Shown: piece after piece, positions 18,073 to 26,235 of the stretch | How positions within the stretch are numbered: the first letter of the stretch is position 1 | Layout: each line of letters begins with the position of its first letter | Made by a program: the position numbers and the translations under genes | Source of the DNA: a virus | Lineage: Duplodnaviria > Caudoviricetes | Virus record (IMG/VR): IMGVR_UViG_3300011445_000016 | Coordinates: 1-32,468 of that record | Direction: 5' to 3' (one strand) | Length of the DNA: 32,468 bases | Notes under the pieces: generated by a model | What the model was told of the DNA's origin: nothing | Seen by the model: the letters and a program-made list of their open reading frames with translations, nothing else | Database searches by the model: none

Positions 18073-18435
18073 ATTTATTCTTTGCAAGTTAAATGAACTT
18101 TCTACACATAAATAACGATTCGCTTTTATCGGGTTCATTTCTTTCATAAAGTCTTCGTATCTGTCGCGATACTCTTTTCCGAACCGGTGTAAGTTCTTAT
18201 GCAGCCGGATTAAATAAATAACGTTTGAATGTCCTTTACTTATGATATTCCCGATTGACTGCTGAGTAAGTTGTTTATCGTTGTAAAGGAAGAAAGCTAT
18301 TGCTGCTCGCGCTTCTACATTTTCTCTTAGTCGGTTATCAACTAAGCAGTCAGGTACTTTAAAACTTTTATTAATCGCTCTTATCATTTCCTGCTTATAG
18401 TACTTTGATATTATGTTTGTGTTATATTGCCCCAT
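18067..18435 (-). CDS. DnaA C-terminal (domain IV)-like HTH DNA-binding protein
   Basis: R.RENVEARAAIAFFL....LTQQSIGNIISKGHSNVIY resembles the DnaA domain IV pattern R...V..R...MYL.....SL..IG..F..DH.TV.H. Confidence 0.65.
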   Translation of the reverse strand: MGQYNTNIISKYYKQEMIRAINKSFKVPDCLVDNRLRENVEARAAIAFFLYNDKQLTQQSIGNIISKGHSNVIYLIRLHKNLHRFGKEYRDRYEDFMKEMNPIKANRYLCVESSFNLQRINK

Positions 18436-18830
18436 TATCTTAATGTTTTTTTTGCTATTCCTAACATGCTGCTTTTATCTTTAGCTAATGCCATTAAAAC
18501 CATTTCCACCTCGTCGTAATCGGTAAACACCATCCTGGCTAGTAATTGAATTATTTTGCCGGATTTTTCAAAGGCTTCATCAATAACATTTTTCATATCT
18601 AAATCAATCTCAGCTTTTTCGATACGTGCGAACTCATCTTTTTCCTGTTTTATTAATTCTAAGATTAAAGGATTACCGTATTTTTTAACGTTACCCTTCC
18701 ATGCCGGAGTTCTTTTCAACACTTCGTTATGTGCGTTTGCATTTTGGTTTGCTAGTATTGCTTTGGCTCGTGCGCTGTCGTATATCCTTTTTGCTAACTG
18801 CTGCTGCGTTATTTCTTCTACTTTACTCAT
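18435..18830 (-). CDS. Hypothetical helical protein
   Basis: 131-aa ORF coupled to its neighbours. Confidence 0.75.
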   Translation of the reverse strand: MSKVEEITQQQLAKRIYDSARAKAILANQNANAHNEVLKRTPAWKGNVKKYGNPLILELIKQEKDEFARIEKAEIDLDMKNVIDEAFEKSGKIIQLLARMVFTDYDEVEMVLMALAKDKSSMLGIAKKTLR

Positions 18831-18951
18831 TTTCTATATCGTGTTTAATGTCTTTCAATATTGAAATTACTTCCTCAACATTATAATATTCATAAGTGTG
18901 CATTTCTATGCATTGAATATATTTATCTAGTATTTCGGTTGCTTTACTCAT
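18823..18951 (-). CDS. Small hypothetical protein (42 aa, not in ORF track)
   Basis: Manual translation MSKATEILDKYIQCIEMHTYEYYNVEEVISILKDIKHDIENE*; overlaps both neighbours by 8 nt. Confidence 0.6.
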   Translation of the reverse strand: MSKATEILDKYIQCIEMHTYEYYNVEEVISILKDIKHDIENE

Positions 18952-19141
18952 TGCGTTCAATTGTAAAAAATTCTTTTGCATTGTGAAGTTCCATCCAATA
19001 ACGTGGGCTTGTTTTATATTCCTCAGTTAAGTGGTGTTTAAACGCCATTAAGATGCTGTCTGATCCGGTATTGAAGTCTTGTTCCTGTCGGTATCTTTCG
19101 GCTCTTTTTCTTATTGCTGTGGGTAATTCTGATATTTTCAT
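18944..19141 (-). CDS. Hypothetical protein
   Basis: The likely start is MKISELP at 19141, because the 19231 start overlaps another small gene. Confidence 0.65.
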   Translation of the reverse strand: MKISELPTAIRKRAERYRQEQDFNTGSDSILMAFKHHLTEEYKTSPRYWMELHNAKEFFTIERNE

Positions 19142-19145
19142 AACT

Positions 19146-19253
19146 TTATTTTTTTGATTGTTTATGTGTTTTTTTATATGCTTCTTTCGCTGTGTAGTAA
19201 ATGAATATCGCTGCGAAAATTGCAAATCCAATAATAAAGTGATATAATTTCAT
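19146..19253 (-). CDS. Small membrane peptide (35 aa, not in ORF track)
   Basis: MKLYHFIIGFAIFAAIFIYYTAKEAYKKTHKQSKK*: one hydrophobic helix plus a basic tail. Confidence 0.55.
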   Translation of the reverse strand: MKLYHFIIGFAIFAAIFIYYTAKEAYKKTHKQSKK

Positions 19254-19256
19254 AAT

Positions 19257-19424
19257 CTATTTTTTATATTTTACATGCCATACCCCTTTTAATGTGCTAC
19301 CATAGTCTTTAAACATTGGGGTAAATTGAAGATAATGATACTCTACTAAATCTTTTGATGCTTCATAATTAAATAATAGTATATAATTTACTATTGATGG
19401 ACTAAGAAAATGACTTACTTTCAT
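19257..19424 (-). CDS. Small hypothetical protein (55 aa, not in ORF track)
   Basis: MKVSHFLSPSIVNYILLFNYEASKDLVEYHYLQFTPMFKDYGSTLKGVWHVKYKK*; fills the gap with 3-nt spacing on each side. Confidence 0.55.
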   Translation of the reverse strand: MKVSHFLSPSIVNYILLFNYEASKDLVEYHYLQFTPMFKDYGSTLKGVWHVKYKK

Positions 19425-19427
19425 AAC

Positions 19428-19928
19428 TTAAAATTTAAATCCGGCTCTTACAAATCCACTTCCTTGAAACTCCTCTTTTGCACCGCTCCAAATGAAGTCC
19501 TCTCTATAGTCGTACGTCGCACGTAATCCAACAAACCAAACATCATTAATATTGTAGTCAGTTCCTGCTTCTAATCCAAACAAAGGATAAGTACGTGAAT
19601 CATTTGTTTTGTACCCTCGTTTGATAAACCCTAATCTTATCCCTGCATAGCTTCTAAAGTCCTCAAATGTTCCATAAGTTACATTCACACCCCCAGCGCC
19701 TGTTAAATCAAAATACCCTCCTTCTAAAGCGTCAAACGATTGTACTCCGGCCTTAACGTAACCGCCATAAGAAACAAGTTCGATTTCCGCGCCTAAGTTT
19801 AAACCGCTTTCTTTTATGCTCCCACCAGGATCGACGTAAACCGAACCCGTAAAATATTCCTTTTGCCCTAATTGTAACTGCGCGCTTGCTGTCATTCCGA
19901 CTAATAACGCAAATAATAATGTTTTCAT
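19428..19928 (-). CDS. Small outer-membrane beta-barrel protein
   Basis: Signal peptide MKTLLFALLVGMTASA|Q, about eight alternating amphipathic strands and a C-terminal BAM signal GFVRAGFKF. Confidence 0.8.
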   Translation of the reverse strand: MKTLLFALLVGMTASAQLQLGQKEYFTGSVYVDPGGSIKESGLNLGAEIELVSYGGYVKAGVQSFDALEGGYFDLTGAGGVNVTYGTFEDFRSYAGIRLGFIKRGYKTNDSRTYPLFGLEAGTDYNINDVWFVGLRATYDYREDFIWSGAKEEFQGSGFVRAGFKF

Positions 19929-19930
19929 AA

Positions 19931-20713
19931 TTAACTGTTTAAATGGTTTAAATATGCTTTGTAACTTTCGAAAATCGCTTGTATTTGTTTAAATTCATGA
20001 GTGCCTCTTCTTGTTGAATACTCTTCATTGGAATCAAAAAATATCTGCCATTCTTCAACTGATTTTGTTTTACACCCTATTTTTATTTTATCCCCCAAAA
20101 TTGAATGCTCCCATTTGCAATATTGTGACAAATACGCTGATTCTTTGTTTTTAGCCAAATATAGGTCAGCCGAAGATAGGTCAGCCGAAGATAGGTCAGC
20201 CGAAGATAGGTTAGCCGAATATAGGTTAGCCGAAGATAGGTCAGCCGAAGATAGGTTAGCCGAAGATAGGTCAGCCGAAGATAGGTTAGCCGAACGTAGG
20301 TCAGCCGAATATAGGTCAGCCGAATATAGGTTAGCCGAAGATAGGTTAGCCGAATATAGGTCAGCCGAAGATAGGTTAGCCGAACGTAGGTCAGCCGAAG
20401 ATAGGTCAGCCGAAGATAGGTTAGCCGAACGTAGGTTAGCCGAACGTAGGTCAGCCGAAGATAGGTCAGCCGAATATAGGTTAGCCGAAGATAGGTTAGC
20501 CGAAGATAGGTCAGCCGAACGTAGGTTAGCCGAACGTAGGTCAGCCGAAGATAGGTCAGCCGAATATAGGTTAGCCGAACGTAGGTTAGCCGAATATAGG
20601 TTAGCTTTTTCTTTTATAGCCTGTTCTACTGTTTTTTTGATTGTATTATCTTCGCACTCATACTCGAATAATACATTTCCTAAAATAGATTTGATTTGAA
20701 TTTTTGTTTTCAT
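19931..20713 (-). CDS. Pentapeptide repeat protein
   Basis: 30 tandem A(N/D)L(Y/R/S)S units; N-terminal G.VLFEYE..NTIK.TVE.A and C-terminal IKIGC....EEW domains typical of phage pentapeptide proteins. Confidence 0.95.
   Translation of the reverse strand: MKTKIQIKSILGNVLFEYECEDNTIKKTVEQAIKEKANLYSANLRSANLYSADLSSADLRSANLRSADLSSANLSSANLYSADLSSADLRSANLRSANLSSADLSSADLRSANLSSADLYSANLSSANLYSADLYSADLRSANLSSADLSSANLSSADLSSANLYSANLSSADLSSADLSSADLYLAKNKESAYLSQYCKWEHSILGDKIKIGCKTKSVEEWQIFFDSNEEYSTRRGTHEFKQIQAIFESYKAYLNHLNS
20156..20605. repeat. 15-bp tandem repeat, 30 copies
   Basis: Minus-strand unit GCT (A/G)AC CTA (TAT/CGT/TCT) TCG; the last unit ends TTG. Confidence 0.97.
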
Positions 20714-20735
20714 AATATTTTTGTTTAAATGTTTT

Positions 20736-20760
20736 TGTAAAGATAAGGATTATTTTAATA
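20736..20760 (-). promoter_or_regulatory. Degenerate copy of the repeated phage promoter
   Basis: TATTAAAATAATCCTTATCTTTACA upstream of the pentapeptide gene. Confidence 0.6.
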
Positions 20761-20973
20761 TTATTTTGTTTTTTTATTAAAATATCTTCTAACTAAATAA
20801 CCTCGAATAATGCTAGTAATAAAAAACACAAATGTTATAATAAGGTTTTGCGAAAATGTAACCGGGATATTAAGCACCGGATACAGAATTAATTGTATCA
20901 CGATGCTAGTTACTAACCCGATAATAGTTTGCGTAACGCTTTCTATTATTGAAAGTTTTTTAGTTTGGTTCAT
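20761..20973 (-). CDS. Small two-helix membrane protein coupled to the methyltransferase gene
   Basis: Q.K..S.IES.....IG ... QN..IT..F...SI.R.Y..RR.FN, a family often seen beside phage methylases. Confidence 0.8.
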   Translation of the reverse strand: MNQTKKLSIIESVTQTIIGLVTSIVIQLILYPVLNIPVTFSQNLIITFVFFITSIIRGYLVRRYFNKKTK

Positions 20974-23153
20974 TAGAATAAAGTTAATGTAGAACTTTTT
21001 TCTTTTACAAAATCAGAATGATTCTTTGAATTTAAATGAAAGTAACTTTCTTTCAATTCAATGCTTATACTTTTACGATTCATTTTAATTGCAGAACAAC
21101 CTTCTGAACCAATGCCCCCGAACGGGCTTAAAACAGTTTCCCCTTCATTCGAATATAAATGCAATATTCTTTCAATCGTATCTAACTGTAAAGGACAAAT
21201 ATGTTTTTCATCATTTCCATCGCGACCTGAACGATATTGTAAAGTCCTTCCGTAATCAATATCCATCCAAACAGGCGATGCATATTTCTGCCATAAATCA
21301 ACCGGCAAATAATCTAATTCATTTGGATCTTTATCCTGGTGTTTTATTGGAGTTTCATTATCTCCTTCATTTCTGAAAAACAAAACGTAATCAGGAATAC
21401 CCACTCTACTCATTACACTATCTTTTTTTATAGTTTTATGTAGCAATCCTAATGCTTTAGTTCTTTGCATTTCAGTTACCGGATTTTTCCATATTGTAGT
21501 CCGTGCATGATAAATAAAACCTTCTTCTTTAAACCAATCAATTAACATTCCGCTAAAATCTCTTAACCCGATATAACCTTCTTTGCCTTTTTGTATCGGT
21601 AAGTCCATACAATGAATAGCGCAAATACGACCGCTTTTAAGAACTCTTTTTAATTCAGGGATAAGGAATTTAAAATGCTGCTCAAACTGTTTATAATCGG
21701 ATACATTACCCATATCCTCTTCTTTATCTGAATAAACATAAAGTTCAGCGAATGGCGGAGAAAACACTATCACATCAGCGCAGTTGTCTGGTAATTTTTT
21801 AGTTTCCTGTACACAATCGCCATTTATCAAATGGTAGTTGTCTGTTTTAATTTCTTTATTCATAATTTTAACTTTTGATTTAGCTGTTTTATAGTTTGTT
21901 TCTGCGGAGTATAAAGCCATTTCTTTTATACGCTCAAAATGTTGTTTCTCTTTTTCTAAAATAGTGGCACGTACATTTGTCTGGCTTTCTGGGATTAAGA
22001 TATGAACTGTAACTTTATTTTTTTGCCCAAAACGGTAACATCTTCTAACTGCCTGGTAAAATGCTTCAAACTTAAAATCATAAGACATAAATATCATTTG
22101 ATTGCATTGCTGATAGTTCATTCCAAAAGACGCTATACTGGTTTTTGTGATCAGAGTTTTAAAATTACCGTTTGCAAATCCATTTAAATGTTTCGCTTTA
22201 TACTCATGACTATCCGACCCTTGCACATTTACGCTATCATCTAACAACTTTGATAATGTATCAGTTTCATTATTTTTCAACCCCCAAACTATCCATTGAT
22301 TATTATTTGAATTAACCAATCCTAAAGTCTTTTGAATACGTAAATCAAAACTCCTGTTTAAGTCTTTGTGTAGTTCCGTAGCTGAAACTGCAACATCTCC
22401 AAATAAACTATTACTTGTGTTTTCAACCGGAATAATATGCTCAATATATTCTATCTCAGGTAAATTATATCCTTCATCATCGAATCCCAATGTTGCAGGA
22501 TTATCAATTGCAATGCTCCAACTTGAAACGTATTTCCAAAATGCATCTTTTGCGTGTTTTCTTAATCTCCATTTTGAAGTTTCCCCACCATCATGAACAA
22601 AGAACATTGCTAGCATTTCTAAATAACTCATTCCTCCTAAAAATTCCGAATGCTGCCCTAATTCCATGTGATCGTTTGGAGAAGGAGTTGCAGTACAGCA
22701 AAGTTTATAAGGAGTATTTTTGAATAACTCAATTATCAAACTTGATGTTTTTCCATCCCTGCCTTTTAAAATACTGCTTTCATCCAAAACAACTCCGGAA
22801 TAAACTGAAACATCAATATTCTTTAACTGTTCGTAATTGTCAATATCAAAGCAATCTAAATCAACTCCGAACTTGATGGCCTCATTTTTAGTTTGTTCTA
22901 TAATAGCCAAAGGTGCTAATATCAAAACTTTCATTTTTGTTTTTAATGATACTTGTTTAGACCATTCCAATTGGCAAAATGTTTTACCTAAACCGCAATC
23001 AAAGAACAAAGCAAATTTCCCTTTGAATAATGCTGTTTTAACTCCGAATTGTTGAAAGTCTTTCATAAGTTTATTTAACTTTTTATCTGACAATTCAAAT
23101 CCGCTTTCAATAAACGTTTTTCTTTTTGTGTCTAAAAATTCTGAATACTCCAT
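20973..23153 (-). CDS. SNF2-like helicase/ATPase fused to an amino (N4-C/N6-A) DNA methyltransferase, beta class
   Basis: DCGLGKT, VVLDESS, TATP, QAVRRCYRFGQ (SF2 motifs), then NGDC, VFSPPF (catalytic motif IV), HICPLQ and VLSPFGGIGSEG (SAM-binding motif I). Confidence 0.92.
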   Translation of the reverse strand: MEYSEFLDTKRKTFIESGFELSDKKLNKLMKDFQQFGVKTALFKGKFALFFDCGLGKTFCQLEWSKQVSLKTKMKVLILAPLAIIEQTKNEAIKFGVDLDCFDIDNYEQLKNIDVSVYSGVVLDESSILKGRDGKTSSLIIELFKNTPYKLCCTATPSPNDHMELGQHSEFLGGMSYLEMLAMFFVHDGGETSKWRLRKHAKDAFWKYVSSWSIAIDNPATLGFDDEGYNLPEIEYIEHIIPVENTSNSLFGDVAVSATELHKDLNRSFDLRIQKTLGLVNSNNNQWIVWGLKNNETDTLSKLLDDSVNVQGSDSHEYKAKHLNGFANGNFKTLITKTSIASFGMNYQQCNQMIFMSYDFKFEAFYQAVRRCYRFGQKNKVTVHILIPESQTNVRATILEKEKQHFERIKEMALYSAETNYKTAKSKVKIMNKEIKTDNYHLINGDCVQETKKLPDNCADVIVFSPPFAELYVYSDKEEDMGNVSDYKQFEQHFKFLIPELKRVLKSGRICAIHCMDLPIQKGKEGYIGLRDFSGMLIDWFKEEGFIYHARTTIWKNPVTEMQRTKALGLLHKTIKKDSVMSRVGIPDYVLFFRNEGDNETPIKHQDKDPNELDYLPVDLWQKYASPVWMDIDYGRTLQYRSGRDGNDEKHICPLQLDTIERILHLYSNEGETVLSPFGGIGSEGCSAIKMNRKSISIELKESYFHLNSKNHSDFVKEKSSTLTLF

Positions 23154-23181
23154 ACTTTTTTATTTAGTGTTATTTTGATTT

Positions 23182-23206
23182 TGTAAAGATAGTGTTTATT
23201 TTTATA
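23182..23206 (-). promoter_or_regulatory. Repeated phage promoter motif
   Basis: TATAAAAATAAACACTATCTTTACA, identical to 28166-28190. Confidence 0.75.
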
Positions 23207-23231
23207 TTAAATAATGTTTATTTAAATATTT

Positions 23232-23441
23232 TTATTTTAATTTTTCAGCGTAAAAAATATACGTTGAACTCATTGCGTAGTTTATTTCGTCCTGAGTGAT
23301 CGACTTATCGAATGTTTTTATTCTCCCGTTTATGTTTACTTCGATAAACCATTTGTAATTAATGTAAACAGGATAAACTTTGATCCCGTTTTTAATGCAT
23401 AAGTGAGCTGCATTATTACTGTCTGGAATTTGTTTTTTCAT
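23232..23441 (-). CDS. Hypothetical protein
   Basis: 69-aa ORF directly after the primase-helicase. Confidence 0.7.
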   Translation of the reverse strand: MKKQIPDSNNAAHLCIKNGIKVYPVYINYKWFIEVNINGRIKTFDKSITQDEINYAMSSTYIFYAEKLK

Positions 23442-23443
23442 GA

Positions 23444-25273
23444 TTAAAATGGAACTGTATCATCGTCAAAACCAAAGGCATCGACTAAATTAACTTTTGG
23501 CAATTCGTATTCCGGTTGTGGTTCAATTGTTTTTCCTGTTCTTGTTTGATCGAATTGAGTAAATGGACTTACTCCGTTAAAATAATATCTTTGATTCCTA
23601 ATATTGAAAGTTATACAGTCAACATTTTGAGGCGTTCCTACTAACTTTTGTTTTTTAATTTTCTGACTCCCGAAAACAACTTCATTATCTTTAAAATCTA
23701 ATGCTCTGTTTGGCCTCCATACATATAAAACATTATCAGCTTTATCAGCAAATGTGCCACCCCCTTTAATGTTATTTAATTCCGGTCTAAAATAACGACC
23801 TTCATCCTTTTCGTTTTTACGTGCGGTCAATTGGTGAGCGACTAAATTAACACTTAACTCATTTTCAACTCCAAAACGTTTTAATTGCGACATAAAACGA
23901 CTTATGTATAAATCTTCCCTTTCTCCATTGTTTAATAAATGTTCTACGGTGTTATAAGGATCGATTATTAAACCCCTTATTCCGTTCTTTTTGATAAGGT
24001 ATTTTGTTTTATCAAAAATGGTTTGTATTTTAAAATCTTTTTCTGGATATATTACAAAAAAATGGTCATTTACAAAAGACATCGCTTCTTTGTATTCGTC
24101 TTCACTCATGTAATTATTTTTGTAATATGGATCGCATGACTTCCCTATAAAAGTTTCAATTAAATCATTATAAAAGTCATCTAAAGGGAAGTTTTCAGGA
24201 CTAAATACAGCGAACTTCCATCCTGATATTATAGATTTTATTAACGCTAATTGATTTACAAATAAAGACTTTCCTTCATTCTGGTAACCTGTCCATAAAT
24301 TAACCTCTCCCCCTCTCCAAGTCCATGCGTTATCTACTTCTTCTACTCCGGTGCTTTCACCTCTGTTTTGCCCATTTCGATACCCATTTAACATTGAATC
24401 CGAAACATCTGAAACACTAAAAACGCCATCTATCTTTACGTCCTTAGATAATTTGATTCTATTTGCAAGACTTTCTTTTCCATACTTAATAAGATAATCA
24501 TTTGCATCTTTACAATCTCCAAAATCAACTATTTTACATTTTTCCGCCCCGAATCTTCTGATTAATTCTTTTTGCCCTTTTTGCCCTGCTTCATCGTTAT
24601 CGACTGCAATATAAATCACTTCTTTATTTTCAAAGTAATTGTAATAGTTATCAATGTAATCTAGGTTTAACTCCCCTTTTAAATTAAATCCGTTTGGAAC
24701 TGAAACGACGTTGTTAACTCCGGCTGTTGCGAATGCCAAAACATCAAACTCCCCTTCAACAATTACACATTCATTCTCTGTCGCTATTGAATCTAAATTG
24801 TAAAAAATCTTTTCAGCGTCTTTGAACAGTTTAAAATTCTTACTGCCATCCCTGTATTTTACATTTATCAATTCGCCTTTAAAGTAATAATCAAAACAAA
24901 TGCAATTCTCTTCTTTTTTAGTTTGCGGCATCCATTCTTTTGCCTCTCTTATTTTTAATTGTTTTAAGACGTTTAAATCTACTGACCTAACGCTTACCAT
25001 GTAATTAATAAGTTTATCGCTTAAACTTGATTTATTTGCGCTTAAAATAGGTTTAGCATATGTTTTTATCAATTCTTTTTTCTTAAAAGTATGTAATTGG
25101 ATGGTTTCCCCGCAATGGTTACACTTTCCTAGTCCGGTATCCCAAAAAACAGATAAGCATTTTTCTTTGCTTTTCTTTCTGGACTCTGAACAAAGTGGGC
25201 ATGTATGAGTTTTTGATTTTTCAGGTATTCCAAAAACGTTATATTCTAGTATTTCAAATCCGTTAATTTCCAT
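23444..25273 (-). CDS. Primase-helicase (T7 gp4 / Twinkle-like)
   Basis: Zn finger CPLC...CNHC, TOPRIM IVEGEFD and AVDNDEAG, KDANDYL, helicase Walker A GYQNEGKS, LIIDPYN, LVAHQ. Confidence 0.93.
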   Translation of the reverse strand: MEINGFEILEYNVFGIPEKSKTHTCPLCSESRKKSKEKCLSVFWDTGLGKCNHCGETIQLHTFKKKELIKTYAKPILSANKSSLSDKLINYMVSVRSVDLNVLKQLKIREAKEWMPQTKKEENCICFDYYFKGELINVKYRDGSKNFKLFKDAEKIFYNLDSIATENECVIVEGEFDVLAFATAGVNNVVSVPNGFNLKGELNLDYIDNYYNYFENKEVIYIAVDNDEAGQKGQKELIRRFGAEKCKIVDFGDCKDANDYLIKYGKESLANRIKLSKDVKIDGVFSVSDVSDSMLNGYRNGQNRGESTGVEEVDNAWTWRGGEVNLWTGYQNEGKSLFVNQLALIKSIISGWKFAVFSPENFPLDDFYNDLIETFIGKSCDPYYKNNYMSEDEYKEAMSFVNDHFFVIYPEKDFKIQTIFDKTKYLIKKNGIRGLIIDPYNTVEHLLNNGEREDLYISRFMSQLKRFGVENELSVNLVAHQLTARKNEKDEGRYFRPELNNIKGGGTFADKADNVLYVWRPNRALDFKDNEVVFGSQKIKKQKLVGTPQNVDCITFNIRNQRYYFNGVSPFTQFDQTRTGKTIEPQPEYELPKVNLVDAFGFDDDTVPF

Positions 25274-25277
25274 AATA

Positions 25278-25979
25278 TTAAATTTGATTTGTTTTACCTG
25301 ATATCTTTTTCCTGAATGATGAAAGGTCTTGTTTTTTTAGCCAATGAGTGAAGTGTTCTTTATAATCTTTTAAATTACTTTTTTGTTCTTCCATTGTTAT
25401 CAGGTGATCGTTGAAATTATCTATAAAAAAATTAACTACATCGATACTTATTTTGTTTTGCATTGCCGTTACTTCTAACCATTGGGATGAAATTTTACAC
25501 TCCGAAGAAAAAACAACGTTGTTAATAGTTATTATATTTTCTTTTTTAGTTTCTCTTTCTCTTTCTCTTTCTCTTTCTCTTTGCTTCGGTATAGGCTTCT
25601 CGTTTTTTTTGTCAAGGCTTTCAATAGGCTTCGTAGTAGGCTTCGTAGTAGGCTTCGCAGTAGGCTTACTTTTTTTACCTCCTGAACTACCTCCGCGCAC
25701 TAATTTTAAACGGTTTTCGCATGAAGGAACGAATAAAAAATTATCATTAATATTTACAAGATTTAACCTAATTAATTTATCAATTATTGTATTGATTTCA
25801 TCAAAATTAACTGCAAATTTTCTGCACCATGTATCAATTTTAATTTCGGTCTTGTTATCGTTCATCATCGCAAGGTCAATTAATTCACGATATAAACCGC
25901 GCTCAGATAAATTTAATTCGAATACATGTTCTGAATTACCCCAGTCTTTAGGATAAAAAGTATAACCAAGTTTAGCCAT
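25278..25979 (-). CDS. Putative replication initiator (lambda O / DnaT-like, YdaU-type N-terminus)
   Basis: Y.FYPKDW.......L.L.ERGLY.EL N-terminus, low-complexity KPTT/RERE linker and ..HFTHWL.. C-terminus; directly upstream of the primase-helicase. Confidence 0.7.
   Translation of the reverse strand: MAKLGYTFYPKDWGNSEHVFELNLSERGLYRELIDLAMMNDNKTEIKIDTWCRKFAVNFDEINTIIDKLIRLNLVNINDNFLFVPSCENRLKLVRGGSSGGKKSKPTAKPTTKPTTKPIESLDKKNEKPIPKQRERERERERETKKENIITINNVVFSSECKISSQWLEVTAMQNKISIDVVNFFIDNFNDHLITMEEQKSNLKDYKEHFTHWLKKQDLSSFRKKISGKTNQI
25550..25667. repeat. Iteron-like repeats inside the initiator gene (candidate origin)
   Basis: TAGGCTT at 25592, 25625, 25637, 25649 and 25661 (12-bp period for the last four), AAGGCTT at 25614, and (TTTCTC)5 at 25550-25579. 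Confidence 0.6.
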
Positions 25980-26196
25980 TACTCACCTCCTCATCTTCAA
26001 TAAAAGAAATTTGTTTTTTAAGTTCTCGATGTAATTTAATTGAAGTAGATTTATCCAGGTAGATATGTGAGAATTCACCATTTGATCCTTTAATCTGAAT
26101 CATTATCTCATTACAAATGGTTTTGTAACATACTAATTCATTTTCATCCGTTCCGGTATCTTTTGTTCCGGAAAATACTAATTTGACTCTTGCCAT
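25972..26196 (-). CDS. Hypothetical protein
   Basis: 74-aa ORF, first gene of the replication operon. Confidence 0.75.
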   Translation of the reverse strand: MARVKLVFSGTKDTGTDENELVCYKTICNEIMIQIKGSNGEFSHIYLDKSTSIKLHRELKKQISFIEDEEVSNG

Positions 26197-26235
26197 AATT
26201 TTGTGAATGTTTAAAAAACAAACAAATTTAAATTG

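Noticed and set aside
20156-20605. Possible CRISPR array
   Set aside because: The units are contiguous 15-mers with no unique spacers and lie in frame within a gene.
20001-20699. 232-aa plus-strand ORF with RSAED/RLAEY repeats
   Set aside because: It is the antisense shadow of the stop-free 15-bp repeat; the minus-strand pentapeptide protein explains it and it has no convincing start context.
20973-23153. Type I/III restriction-modification or DISARM-like defence system
   Set aside because: No nuclease domain, specificity subunit or partner genes are recognisable; the context is a phage replication module.
25411-25956. 181-aa plus-strand ORF
   Set aside because: Antisense to the replication initiator and kept open by low-complexity repeats.
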